NCBI RefSeq assembly: GCF_004010195.1
Contig: NC_057746.1
Span: 9,109,412 to 9,173,411, forward strand
Reading direction: 5' to 3'
DNA from: Chiloscyllium plagiosum
Taxonomy: Eukaryota
DNA: 64,000 nt
In this document: piece after piece, positions 38,800 through 51,757 of the stretch
Layout: the number at the start of each line of letters is the position of its first letter
Numbering within the stretch: the stretch's first letter is position 1
Position numbers and translations under genes: made by a program
Notes under the pieces: model-generated
The model's database searches: none
The model's input: only the letters and a program-made list of their open reading frames with translations
Told to the model about the DNA's origin: nothing

Positions 38800-41179
38800 A
38801 GTGGGTCAGTGATTTACCTGAAATGAAGCAACATCCTGAACCACCTCCGAGACAAGTTTTATATTGTAGGAAGTAGATCAATTCTGCACTTTGTGTCAAC
38901 AATTTTTCATGATGATGTACATATCTGTATAAACTTTTCAGCTGTCTTTTCATGTGGACAAAGAATCTCACCATTTACCTCTTGCTTTTCAGTTTTTATT
39001 CTAATCAATATTAAAATGAACTGATCTGTTTTGCACTTTAACCAGTCTGAGCAAACTTGATCTCTTCTATATTGTCACATTATTTTCTTACCACAATAAC
39101 GTATTTATGGTTATAAATATTATTGATAAATAGGAACAGATGTTTAGCTGCAAATACTGATAATTGTGGTGTGTAATGAATAAATCATTGTTTCTGGTCG
39201 ATTTGTCCACATACTTCAGGAATGATTTCACAAGAAAAGTTTAGTTCATTCACTCAGCAGCTTGTGGCTCTTGGAATCAGCAGGTGTTGAGCTTCAGTTC
39301 AATGTGAACTGGGGGAGTGAAGACCATCCAACTCCCCAACAAGCCTTCCCCAAACTAACCAGGAAGCTCAAAGTGAGGTTTATTTAATATGGGTGTTTCA
39401 GAGTTGGATGGTTGATAATGTCTGGGAGTGTTCATTCCCGGGGTGTGTGGGGGGGTGTCCTTTCAGAAGGATCTGAATGAGTGTGAAGAGAGGGCCAGGC
39501 AGCTGCTGGGAGTCAGGAATACTTCACTGACTGGTGACTCAGCAGCTATTGGAGGGAGGAAAGGACAGGCTCACCAACTGAATGTTTCACCCAGGGCTCA
39601 GCACACAAGCTTCTGGGCTGGGACAGATGGAGAGGAACCTTCATTGTCAATGTTTCCTTCTGACAGGTGCTGCCTTTGGACACACTGCCTGGAGGAGGGG
39701 GGAGACGAGGGGGGAGTCAGTGTCAGCAGCTGAGGGGGGTGAAAGGGGACCTGAAGAAGGCAATGAGCCCTGGGACACAGAGGGAAGTGAGACAGTAACT
39801 GAGCTGGAGGGGGAAGGGGAGTGACATCCAGATGAACAGGAGGGGAAGCACCCTGGGGTGGGAGGGCAGGTGAAGTGGCACTCTCACTCCTGTCCCCATG
39901 TTGCACCTTCGGGTGTTAATGTGGGGACTGTCCCGAGTCTGGGATGGTAAGCCGCTGCCCAGCTCTCCATGTTTCATTTTGAGGAAATATTTTCTTTAAG
40001 GAGTGTTCTATTTCTAAATTGTTTCTGTTCTATTGGAGTCCATTATTTTATTTATAGATTTGCCTGGAGTCATTTCAAATTGTACAAAACAATTTTTATT
40101 GACATGTAATATTCGACATCACAAACATTTATAAAGTAGAAAAGCTACTCATTAATACACATGATCTGAAAGGTTTTGATCTGAGCAGATGAAGTTGACG
40201 TTGTTCAGCAATATCTCCCACAAACATCCTGCAAGGTCTATTTGCTGCTGAACTAAAATGTCCCTTGTTTCCCTCTCCATCTCCACTGCTCTTCTCTCTG
40301 ATTTCCTGGGGGAGGGAGAGGGATTTTCTCCTTCTCAATGTCCACATCCATCAGCCCCCAGCTGCTCTCGAGCTGCCCTGGCAGCTGCAGGCCGGGTTTC
40401 CTCAGCTGCTCCATGAGGCCTGGCTCCAGTCACATCCATGTTGGGTGCCTCCATTTCATTGGTTTCTGGCCCCATCTGGTCTGTGGGCTGAAGGCTCAGT
40501 GCTTCCTGCAGGGGAACCTTGTACAATGTGCACCAGACCCACACAATCCTCGAGACATTCACAGGAGAGAATTGTAAGGTGACCTTTGATCATACCCTTT
40601 ACCATGTGACACGTCAATACCCTGATCGCTCGCTCCACCATGTGACACGTTGAAGAGTCTTTCACCTTAAAAGATTACAAGCCAGATAACTTGGTGTGAA
40701 ATCCAATTTACTTTTAAAACTCTTATCCAGTTCAAACTGGTTAAAATTCCTTTTAATTTACATCAGAAAAAGCTTGATAAAAAGTCATGTTTATTTCTGA
40801 ATATTGGAAACACCAGTTCAATTTTGTTAAGAACAGCAATTACATAAAATCAATTTAAAAAGGCAGATATTCAGATCAACACTTCAGAACCAATTGTGAA
40901 ATCAGATCCATTTCAAAATTGAAATGGACAAACTCTCCGTTCTGGAAGCTCCTTTCTGCTGGGGGTTGAATCTCCCTGGAAAGATGAGACTGGGTTCTGT
41001 TCCTGGATAAAGCAGCCTGAAGGTTTCTCAGTGAAAAACCAGCATCAGTTCAGGGAAATGTGCCCAAATTCTTGAGACACATCCCACAGTTAGAGCAGCA
41101 GATCAGCAAAAGCTAATTTAAAGCCTGTTCACAGCCAAGCAGTCTGTGATGGAAATCAGAATCACATACCTTGATCATA

Positions 41180-41217
41180 TTATGATCTGGAATCACTTTC
41201 CACTGAGCTACCTGACA
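41180..41217 (-). CDS. Class I gene 2 last coding exon (MSGSSVESDSRS*); alternative acceptor at 41211
   Basis: Ser-rich like class I exon 7; TAA at 41182-41180; donor AAG|gtatgt at 41170; candidate 3'UTR exon from 40975 (tctttccag) to AATAAA at 40095-40100. Confidence 0.6.
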
Positions 41218-44200
41218 CTGCCAATGGGGATCAGGTGGTTAAACAAGATCCTGACTCTAAAGTCCATCGAAAAGCAGAACTACCAGCTATCGATGCTCTG
41301 ACCATGAATCACAGTGACAATGTTCAGCTCATGTGATTCCAGTGTCTGAGGATCCAATCCTGAAGATAGTCTTTTCTGGGTAATTTCAGAGTGAACAGCA
41401 AGATTATAATGTCTGTTTAAAAGTGACTCAGACACAGAGCAAGATGGACTTCTGTCTTTGGGAACAAGTTGTTGTAGTTGAGAATGTGTGAGGGGAAGCT
41501 ATCCCTGAAGATCCCTTCGACTGTGAGAGCCATCACCTTGCTGACACAATCAGGATCCCACGAGCTAGGGAATGGACAGACACAAGGCACTCTCATTAAG
41601 CCAGCCCTGAAAAATGAGAAAGAGTTAAACATTTTAGACAAAGCTGTTCCTCTTGGGTTGGTCAGAGTATACACTGCTCGGTGTCTGTGTAACTGTGATT
41701 GTCAATAAGAATACAGCTAAAGTGGTGAAGGTTACTGTATTTAAGGTGGCAACAATTAATGTCAGACTTCAGGGGGTTGTTGTGATCTGCTTTCTGTCTT
41801 TCGGGTAGGGCCTGGATAATAACTGAACTTCATCCAACACAAAGTGCAAGACAGACTCAGAATGGGAATGAGAATGATCTGAGAGTGAAACACTTACCAC
41901 TTGTAATATGGATCGACGAAATTAATGGGTAAATACTTGGTTAAATGAGGTAAATGTGAAACTGCCCATTTCCTCAGGAAGAATAAAAAAGGAACATGTT
42001 GTCTAAATGGTGAGAGTGTGCAGAGCTCTAAGATCCAGAGTTTGTGAGTCCCCTGGTACATGGATCACCAGGTTGGTTGTCAGATACAGCAGCTCATACG
42101 GAAACCTCAGAGAATGTGATTGTTCATTGTGAGGGGAACGGAACATAAAAGTAGGGAGGTTCTGCTTTAGCCATACAGGGTATTGACGGCCAATGGAGGA
42201 CTGTCTACAGGTTTGCTCTCCTTGCTGAAGGAAGGAAACAAGTGAATTGGAAACAGTACAGAACACATTTACCAGATTATTACTTAGATTGAGGTGTGGT
42301 GTCTTATGAGGAAAGGATTGATTGACTCGGTTTGTATCTGCTCGAGTTCAGAACAGTAAGGGGGGCTTGACTGAAACGTGTGAGATCCTGAGGGGTCTTG
42401 ACAGGTTTAGATTTGAAGATGATGCTCAACCATTTGTGAGAAAATGTGTTTCCTCATCTCTGTTTTAAACGGATGACCCCTTATTTCCAAACATTGAGCC
42501 CTAGTTGCAGATATTCCCATTAGGGGATACATCTTCTCCTCAAAATATGTTAGAACCCAAATCTTCGACTATTTTTAAGGCAGAGGCTGATAGATTCTTG
42601 ATAAACAAGAGGGTGACGTTATCGGGGGGATTTGGGAATGTGCAGTAATCAGAGCAGCTCCCCCCATGATTTCATTGACAGTTAGAGCTGATTTAAAGGG
42701 CCGAATGGCCTACTCCTGCCCCGATTTCCTTTGTCCATCTGAACGTAATTATAGCCATGGGGCAAACACTGAGAGTTACAACTGGATCCACAGAGAAAAA
42801 CCAAAATGTCACTCACTGAGTCATGAAGGAGCTGAGACAGAGACCTCAGAAGCTGAGAAAATAAAAACAGATTGTGAGGAACGTAATAAAATATAAAAAT
42901 AGAGAGTGTGAGATACTAGCTATCACTCATTTGACCCAGGATTCAATAAAGCCCCCCCCCACCTTCACGAAACAGACTCACACAGCACAGCACTGAGGGA
43001 GTGGAGTGTGAGATTCCATGTGAACATATGGAATTATTCCCAGGAGAATGTAACACTACATCTTCCAATCCCTTCTCCATCATTCCCAACACTCTGTCCC
43101 CTCAATCACTTACTGGGAGCTGTTGTGTAGGTCCCACTTGGGGAACCTGCAGAAACAAAATAAATGTCCATTAGGATGGGGAATAATCCATTCTCAGAGA
43201 ATGAGAACACAACAAGTGTGAGGGAATGGAGATTGTGTCAGAAATCCTCATTCCCACACTCCCCTCCATCCTTACACCTTATGGAGATTCTGGAGATCTC
43301 TCCCATTCCATTGATATTCAGTCAGTGAGGATGTGAGTGTGTGCAGTGGGTTTAATGATCAATATTAGACCTCGTCTGGGCTGATCTCACAAAGGAAGAT
43401 CAGACAGGGAACAAGACATGATTATACGTGTGTATCTGTGTGTGGGAATTCAATCAGTTCCATTCCCCACAGTGCCCTGTACTCCCAGTACTGGAGACTC
43501 CCCCACACTCACTCTGTCCCCTCAGTTCGACATTCCCCTCTCTTTGATTCTTACCTCTCCATGGCCTTTTCCGGATGATTATTCCCATTATCCCAACAAT
43601 AACAGCTAGGAGAATGATCATTGATGCAATGACACTTCCAAGATGGGAACGTCCCCAATTATTTTCCAGGATTTCTGAAACAGAATGGAATAAAATCAGG
43701 ATTGTCTCTGTTCCCCAATCCATTCCAAGTTCTGTGTTGATTGGGAACAATTTTAACTGATCCCACCCATTGGGAATTGATGGGATAGGTTGAAATACTG
43801 TCTGAGCCTCATCGGATTGCCCTCTGCAGTGAAGTCACTAAAGATCCCATTGATGGGGATATAAACATCACGTTGTCCCAAACCTAGGGGTTACCTTCCT
43901 GGAGAGTTCAGTTTCCACTCTCCCTGATGTCTCTGTGTCCTGTCCTTGTTCAATCCCCAGGGTTATACTGGACAGCCCAGGAGGCAGCATTACTGATGGT
44001 TTTCACATCAAACTTCAAAGGGAGGAGGAATCAACTGACTGCAGGAAACAGGGCTCACTTTGTTCCATTTTGTATACTGATAAAGTGCCAATTAAGTGCT
44101 CTATGGTGTAGTGGTAGTGTCCCTACCTCTGGGCCAGAGGAGAAAATGTGACACTCAGCAATTCTTGCAGAATCTGTGGCAAGGGAAATGTCGAAAGGTT

Positions 44201-47200
44201 GAAGAAGGGTTATTCTGAAATTGAACATTAATTTTGTTTTTTCTCTCTCCACAAACCCTGCCAGAACAGCTGAATATCTGTAGTATTCTCTGTGTTTGTT
44301 CAGATTTCCAGCAGCTCCCCCGGATGTCTGTCTGAACAGGCTGATATAAGTTATCTGTCACATGCTGGTTAGCAATGCAGCAATGTAAATTCGGATAGCA
44401 AAACGTGACTTTTAGCTTTGCTCCTAACATATTACTGTCTTTTGAGTTTACTCTGTGTAACTCGGGCTTGTGTGTATTTTGTGCTGTCATGAAATCCTGT
44501 TAATAATGCTACAATCAAATTCACCCAGTACAGCATTTAATTCTGGGCTGCCTTTTAATTGTGTTTACAGCAACAACATTTTACATTTATATTGTGACTT
44601 TTAAATTTGGAACACATCCTGAAATGCTGCACAGGAACATAACAGAAAAATCCATGAATAGGAAAAAGTTACAAATCACACAACACCAGGTTTATTTGGA
44701 AGCACTAGCTTTTGGAGCACTGCTCATCCGTCAGGTAGCTGTTGAGCAGATGAAGGAGCAGCGCTCTGAAAACTTGTACTTCCAAATAAACCTGTTGGAC
44801 TGCAACTTGGTGTTGTGCGATTTTTAACTTTGTCCAACACCCGCACTTCCACATCATGAATAGGAAAGGTTTGGAGGGATAGGGACCAGGAGCAGACAGG
44901 TGAGACTAGTTGAGTTTGGGATCACGTTTGGCGTGGGCGGTTGGACCGAAGGGTCTGTTTCTGTGCTGGATGACTCTGTGGCTGTATGCCAAGCCTTGAA
45001 GAAATGCTGGAAAAACACCTTTTTTCTCTCTTAAATACGGAAAAGCAAGGATTCTTTTTTCCCCCAGCTGCGGCCTTTCTGAAAGATCAATGATCGAGAA
45101 TGAGAAGTGACGTGATGCTACACAGGGAAGACATTAAGCTAAGATTGCTGTATCAGCTGAAGGTGTGAAATCTGAGACTCTTACAGAAGGTGCAGGACCC
45201 AAAAGTACCCGATCAGAGGGTCCTGAGGAACATGCAATCGTCCTGAAAGCTTATGGACATTTTAATGAGAGAATTGTGAAACTAAAATTGGGTTTTACCA
45301 AATTTAGCACAAGTCCAGAGAGGAAAGGGGTACAAAGAGAACTTGCGGGACCCTGCTTTGTGCACGTGAAGAGAGAGAGAGCAAGACCAAAAGTTTACCC
45401 AGAGACAGTGAGAGACAGCGCGACAGTCAATTGGAATATTTTGGACCGAGCTTTAATTGAACTGAATTCTAACTTTAACAAAACTGAATATTTTGTAAAT
45501 CAACCAGTCCAGGAATGGTAACGACACACCTCTGGAGCAGGTGGGACTTGAACCCAGGCCTTCTGGCTCAGAGGTTGGCACACTGTGTTACAAGAGCCCT
45601 GACTGCCCTTTTTAATGCTTTGTACAGATCCTGAAGTACATTAATAAATGCTTTGGGATTGTTTAAACTCATCTGCACTGTCCAGGGGTGGTCCATGCTT
45701 GGTCACAAACACGTTTTTGGTCCAGATTTAAGGGAATCATACAATTCCTTTCTACTGACCTGATGATGAGGCAAATGACAATTAAGGCACTGTTACAAAA
45801 GAGGCACAAAGGTACAATCCACCAAGGACTTAGTCTGAAGCTCCTGCAACTGGCCGACATGGTCAAGGCATGAAATAAGTGAGAGAATCCAGCTTAAAGA
45901 AAGTGCCCAGAGATTGAGGGACAGGCACCTAGACAAGTCTCAGCAGATCAAAGAGTGTGTGGATGGACTTGTGTCAGGAAAAACTGAAGTGTTAAGCTGG
46001 CAGTGACATTTCCCTTGAATTGAGTATTTCTAAAAAGATTGCCTTGGGAAGCAAGATGCAACTTTGTTTTAATATAAAACAAAGAACTGTGGATGCTGGA
46101 GATCTGAAACAGAAACAGAAATTGACTCTACTTTCTCTCCACTAATGCTGTCAGATCTGTTGAGTTTCTCCAGCAATTTCTGTCTCTGTGGAAACCTGAT
46201 TTTGCTGTTTGTCTGAATATCTTTCTGTCACAGACATCTAGTTTTGTTCATTTTTCTTGTGCGCAATAAGCCTGTGCTGTGCTTTTAAAGACCGTCTGCA
46301 GGATGGAGTGAATATGCTTCAGTGTCTATCCAGCAGCAACAATAATAAAAATAATCAGCAAGTGATCCATCAAGTCAGACTTCCTTTCAGAACATAGAAC
46401 ATAGAACATAGAAGAATACAGCGCAGTACAGGCCCTTTGGCCCTCGATCCAAGCCCACCTAACCTATACTAACCCACTATCCTCCATATACCTATCCAAT
46501 GCCCGCTTAAATGCCCATAAAGAGGGAGAGTCCACCACTGCTACTGGCAGGGCATTCCATGAACTTACGACTCGCTGAGTGAAGAACCTACCCCTAACTT
46601 GAGTCCACACACACACCAGTCCCTTACCCCACTGATAGAGCTGGGCCTCTGTCAGGCTGCTGTGGTCAATGTGACAGGAGTATTGATCCTCATCCCCAGC
46701 ATTGATCTCAATCTCTTTCTGGATCTGATGGGTCCCATTGTGGTTTGGTCGTATCCCCGAGGATTGGGTCTCAGACATGACCTCTCCATTCCTTAGCCAG
46801 GTCACCTCGATGTCTACAGGATAAAACCCAGTGACCAGGCAGGAGAGAGTGAGCGGCTTGTCCTGACCATTGGGCTCCCTCCTGGAGATGAACACTTCAG
46901 GCTGAACTGTGATGGGAAAGGGTGAAAACACAAACAATAGACAGACACTGAATGGAATGGGAGAACGGTTTCATAGATCAGTGAGGTTAGATCAGAACGT
47001 GGGATCAGAACCGTGTCAGGACTATGTTGCTTATATCTTTGTATCTTTAAAAACTGTGGACTACGAGGAAGGACTGCTTTTGTAAACAGGGACTTGCCAG
47101 GATGGCTGCATAATTTCACAGCAAGGAAATTGATACCTATTTTGAACTCTGTTTTTGATAGTTGTGTGTTCCTGAAATTTGCAGGAGTTGAGTAGCTATT

Positions 47201-50200
47201 TCTAAATTAAGCTGATTCATTCTTAGTTAACTGAGCAGGCTGGAACTGGAACCAAGTTACACAGACACATTTACACACACACACACACACACAGACACAC
47301 GTACACACACACACATACACACACACCTGTGCTGAAGTTCTTCGTAGTAGAAGCTACCTGTTCTCTGCAGTAAAAAGAACCTGATTTTTAAACTTGAAGT
47401 AAACCAGTTCCCTTTCCTGCAGCATTTGCTGTGGGCTGTGAGTTTTGAAGTGAGAAAGACAACTGAACAGTAAGTGGCATAGGATGATTTCAACATTGAA
47501 GTCAGAAAACAGAGACCATTAGACTGACTTTCCTCTTTCAATGATCCATTTTCCCCATTTGTTTATTTTTGTATGTTTAAGGGAGACTTTATAAAGGGAA
47601 AAGAGTTTTAGTTAGTAGTGTTATATACCAAGGGTATGTTTCCGTTTACTTGTAACAATAGTCTAATTACTTATGGTAAGTAATAATTCTTGGTTAGTAC
47701 AGAAACCTGGTCTGTGTTTTGTATAAAACTTGGACTGAATATCAAGCAGGTTGAGGTACTATGTGAACCTTAAAAAGAAACTTTACCATTTGGTATGTCT
47801 CCAGGGACAGAACAATTTACAGCAGACTGTCCCAGTGGGTGGTAACAACTGAAATAAATACCTTTCCTTTTGAAGTATTTTTTTCCAGCTTGCAAATATC
47901 TCATTAAATACTGAACGCATACTTCTTCCAGATGTTCTTTCCATAATTTGTTCCAGGATTCATCAGAATCCCATTTTTCCTTTATCTTCACTGCCTTGTC
48001 ATTGGAAGCAACCCATCTCATTCTGTCTGGCTCAAGGCTGATATAGTCCCTTCCATCAAATCCAAAACGCATCGATCTCTTTGTGGAACCTTTCCTGACT
48101 TTATCATCTTCATTCATCTCCACACTCCTAATCCATTGAAATATGTGAATTCCTGCCAGTGACCAAAAAAAAGGATCAACAATCAATTCTGATGGAACAT
48201 GTTCCACTTGTCTGGATAGTTTCAGCTCCAGCAACACACATGAGGCTAAACAGAATCCAGACAAACCAACTGCCCATCTATCATCTTAAGCATTCCCCCC
48301 CCCCCCCCCACCCCCACCAGCACCAACGCACAGTGACAGCAGTGTGTGTTACCTGCCAGGTATACACTCCAATAACTCACCAAGGCTCCTCACTGCAGCT
48401 ACTCCCAAATCTATGAGCTCTACCTAAAAGGGGAAGGTGTGAAGATATTTGAGAACACCACAAACCTGCCAGTTCCTCTCCAATCCCACTGGAACGTGAA
48501 CTATAACACCATTCTTTCACAATCACAGGATCAAAATGCAGGGACATCCTTCCGTACAGCACTGGGGCTGAAGAGTGGGTTACAGCCACAGGGTTGAATT
48601 CTGCTTTTATTTTGTGAAGGGTCAATTTCATCAAGTTTCAAGGATGGTTTCTATCCATGAGGCCTAATGGGTCTCCACCTTCTATCATCCTAAACCCGCC
48701 TCAATAACCGCCTGCCCTCCCAGTGACAATACTGAGAACCCACCACTGTCTGAGTATCCCAGAATGGACTGGCATCTCTGAAGCTGCTGCCAACTTCCAA
48801 AGAATTGAACAGGTTGCTCACTGGGCAGGCACTGTCTGTCTGGATCTGTCCTGCACACTTTAGGATATTTGGGACAGCAGAGGAATTTTGCGTCATGCTT
48901 TGTGGACGGGCAGTGGGAGGTGCTGATGGACCGGGTTGTGTAGAGGAGGAGTGTCCTCTTCTCTCAGGACCAGCAGAGGGAGCCACATACTACACCCTGA
49001 CATCCTGCTGGGAGGTTGCCCTCTGGTTCAGTGCAATGTCAGCTGCCCGGAGGAAGGCTCAGCAAATGGAGGAAGAAGCTCATTGACCTTCTCTGCTCTG
49101 ACAGGGTAAGGGCCACCATCTGTTCTCTGCTGCCTCACATACACTATCGCTGTCACTGCACCCACTTCCCACCAAGGCTCACTTTAACTATCGCATTCAG
49201 CATCTTCCCTCTCTCTCTCATACTGTCAGGGAGCTATAAACCTGCACTCCGAGGTCTCTTTGTTCAGCAACACTCCCTAGGACCTTACCATTAAGTGAAT
49301 AAGTCCTGCTAAGATTTGCCTTTCCAATGTGCCGCACCTCACATTTATCTAAATTAAACTAAAAAAAATGACACGGGTAAACCCACCTGCTTATTTTAAC
49401 CCAGCAACACAGAAAAGATTTATCCTGTGCAGCAATGTGTGAAAGTTGATAGGCCAAGAACTAGTTAAAGTGAAAGTAACAACTTTATTTCTTAAAGTAT
49501 AACAGAGAAGAATTAACTAACAACTATTTACAACTCTTTCCTCTAACCTACCGTTTACTTTCTCTTTCTACGATACTTATCAGATAAAACTCCTGATTAA
49601 GTTTACAAAACAAAATTTCTTATCTCCAAACCAAACAGCTTTCGGTTTTCCTCTGTATTCCTGTCTTCTTTTCTTCTTCTCAGGACTTCTGCTTCCTAGG
49701 TTACTGAGTGATAACGGTACCTTTAAGACGGTTCTTTTTTGGGCAGCCTTTTTACATGCTAGTGCTTTGGCTGCTCTCCTCCCAACTGTTCCACTTTCCC
49801 CGGATTTATACCCCCAAAGCATTGGATTGTGTCATTGGTTTTTAAAGTTGTCAATATACTAAATTCTAACTGGATTGGAGTTTTTTTTTGGGGGGGGGAT
49901 ATAATTTAAACTGATTGGCCTAATTTGAATCTGTTTTTGTCTCCAGACAACCAGCTAATCAAGCTATTCGACCAAATGTTACATTATATGTTTTTTCAGA
50001 ATACTTGGTTCTGTCAGGTAGGTCTGTTGCTTTTAACTCTCTTAAAGTTACAATACACCCACATCTTCATAACAACTTCATTAACCACTCCTCAGCCCAT
50101 TGGTCCATCTGCTCAAGATCTCATTGTACTCTGAGGTAATGTTTTTCGCTGTCCACTACATCTCCAATTTTGGTGCGATCTGCAAACTTACTAACAATAG

Positions 50201-51757
50201 CTCCTATGTTCACATCTAAATCACTTATATAAATGATGAAAAGCAGTGGACCCAGTGCTGATCCTAGTGGCACACTCCACTGGTCACAGGCTTTTAGTCT
50301 GAAAACCAACCCTCCATCACCACCCTCTGTCTTCGACCTTCAAGCCAGTTCTGAATCCAAATGGCTGGTTCTCCTTGTATTTCATGAGATCTACCCTTGC
50401 GAACCAGACTCCCATGGGGAACCTAGTTGAAAACCTTACTGAAGTCCATATAGATCACATCCACCACCCTACCTTCATCAATCCTTCATGTTGTAAGAAT
50501 AAAATGTGTTTTGCTTAAAGCTAAGAAGATGACCAATCAAACCAAAACTGAAGCATAGGGCCTTACACTTGCCTTAACAAAAAAGTTAGGGTCCAGGCCA
50601 TTTTCTTCATATGTTTTGAGGGGGCTGGGGAGTTGGTCTGCTCCATCACACACTGAACTTACCAGTTGTCTGGTTTGTACTTTTCATCATTGTATCCAGA
50701 ACCTGCTTTGCAATGTCTGATCGTGTCTTCACGAGACTTGTGATATATTTCCAGTATTCAACACCAAAAGAGTCTGCCATGAACTGCAATTTAGGGATGG
50801 TCTGATTGAGTTTGGTGTCAAAATAATCAATCTGGATTCCATTGACCATTGCAATACCAATAACCTCAGGCATATCATCAATGCCAGAGACTGCTGTGAA
50901 GATCACTGAAAATGTGTTAGCATCTGTAAAAAAACAAGAGACAGGTTACTAGTTATTTACATGGACTACAATCCGTGTAAGGACCCATCTACACAGTGAC
51001 TATCTCCCGTAGTCCACCACTTCATCACACTGTCAGAGTCCTGTCTGATGTCATAAACCGAATCAGATTCAACTGGGTCAGAATTAGCTGCTGCAGCCTC
51101 TAAGACCAGGGAGTAAACACAGAATCAGAGTCACTCAGATACTTGGGGTGGCACGGTGCCTCAGTGGTTACACAGTGCCAGGGACCGGGTTCAATTCCCG
51201 CCTCAGGTGACTGTGCGGAGTTTGCACATTCTCCCTGTGTCTGTGTGGATTTCCTCCGGGTGCTCTGGTTTCCTCCCACAGTCCAAATATGTGCAGGTGA
51301 GGTGAATTGACCATGCTAAATTGCCCGTAGTGTCAGATGTAGGGGAATGGGACTGGGTGGGTTGCTCTTCGGAGGGTCGGTGTGGACTTGTTGGGCCGAA
51401 GGGCCGGTTTCCATACTTTATGGAATCTAATCTAATCTAATCTAATCTTAATGGAGTCAGTTTGGACACAGGGAAGAGGCTGGGACAGAAATGTTAAACA
51501 GATTAATCACTAATTTGCAACAGTAACCTGGTACACAGTCTATCACTAACCTGGAGCAGTAACCTGGGACAAACCCGGTCTATCGCTAACCTGGAGCAAT
51601 GTCCCAGGATAAACTGGAAAAGGACATTGAGAAGACTATCCTGACCATGGTCCGTCTGGACTGAGGAATTCAGGATAATCCGAGGGCAGGTTTATCCATA
51701 ACCAGGGAAGATGTGGAGTGAGTGAATCCAGATTGAAATGAAGAGAAACAGGAATAT
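41180..51757 (-). CDS. MHC class I heavy chain gene 2, divergent nonclassical (UEA/UBA/UCA-type unresolved), possibly start-codon-defective. Join of 51757-51703, 50923-50663, 48152-47862, 46906-46628, 43674-43555, 43146-43114, 41217-41180; ~358 aa
   Basis: All exons GT-AG, phase 1, no internal stops; class I fold motifs (YFD, EYW, FDGRDYISL, KEKWD, CLVTGFYP, YSCHIDHSSL). Confidence 0.88.
43114..43146 (-). CDS. Class I gene 2 cytoplasmic exon (GSPSGTYTTAP)
   Basis: 33 nt; tttctgcag / gtaagt; YxxA motif as in class I exon 6. Confidence 0.85.
43555..43674 (-). CDS. Class I gene 2 transmembrane exon
   Basis: 120 nt; tgtttcag|AAATC ... AGAG|gtaaga; LGSVIASMIILLAVIVGIMGIII-RKRPWR. Confidence 0.88.
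44666..44854. mobile_element. Palindromic mini-insertion of family B, 13-bp TSD CATGAATAGGAAA
   Basis: TSD at 44653-44665 and 44855-44867; inverted arms with decayed hammerhead cores. Confidence 0.7.
46628..46906 (-). CDS. Class I gene 2 alpha3 exon
   Basis: 279 nt; catcacag|TTCAG ... TGGG|gtaagg; LSCLVTGFYPVDIEVTW...YSCHIDHSSL. Confidence 0.96.
47862..48152 (-). CDS. Class I gene 2 alpha2 exon (lacks Cys101)
   Basis: 291 nt; ctggcag|GAATT ... AAAG|gtattt; GIHIFQWIRSVE...FGFDGRDYISL...KIKEKWD...EEVCVQYLMRY. Confidence 0.94.
49369..50074 (-). mobile_element. Probable solo LTR of another family, inserted in a CR1 fragment
   Basis: TGTTATGA...CCGTGTCA termini, AATAAA near the 3' end, interrupts LINE sequence. 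Confidence 0.45.
50663..50923 (-). CDS. Class I gene 2 alpha1 exon
   Basis: 261 nt; tttttacag|ATGCT ... ACTG|gtaagt; DANTFSVIFTAVSG...VEYWKY...STNQTT. Confidence 0.93.
51145..51448 (+). mobile_element. HE1-type SINE
   Basis: Full head to AATCTAATCTAATC tail. Confidence 0.85.
51703..51757 (-). CDS. Class I gene 2 putative leader exon, (I)FLFLFISIWIHSLHIFP, starting at ATA
   Basis: TTCCCAAAATATTCCTG aligns with the gene 1 start region TTCCCAGAATGTTGCTG; hydrophobic; phase-1 donor CCTG|gttatg; TATAAA at 51884-51889. Confidence 0.6.

Noticed and set aside
41898-41972. Possible tail exon of gene 2 ending at a GTAAGT donor
   Set aside because: Atypical GAG acceptor and a peptide unlike class I tails; 41217-41170 fits better.
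46628-50923. MHC class II or W-category assignment for gene 2
   Set aside because: It has three extracellular-domain exons (alpha1, alpha2, alpha3) and a class I-type tail.
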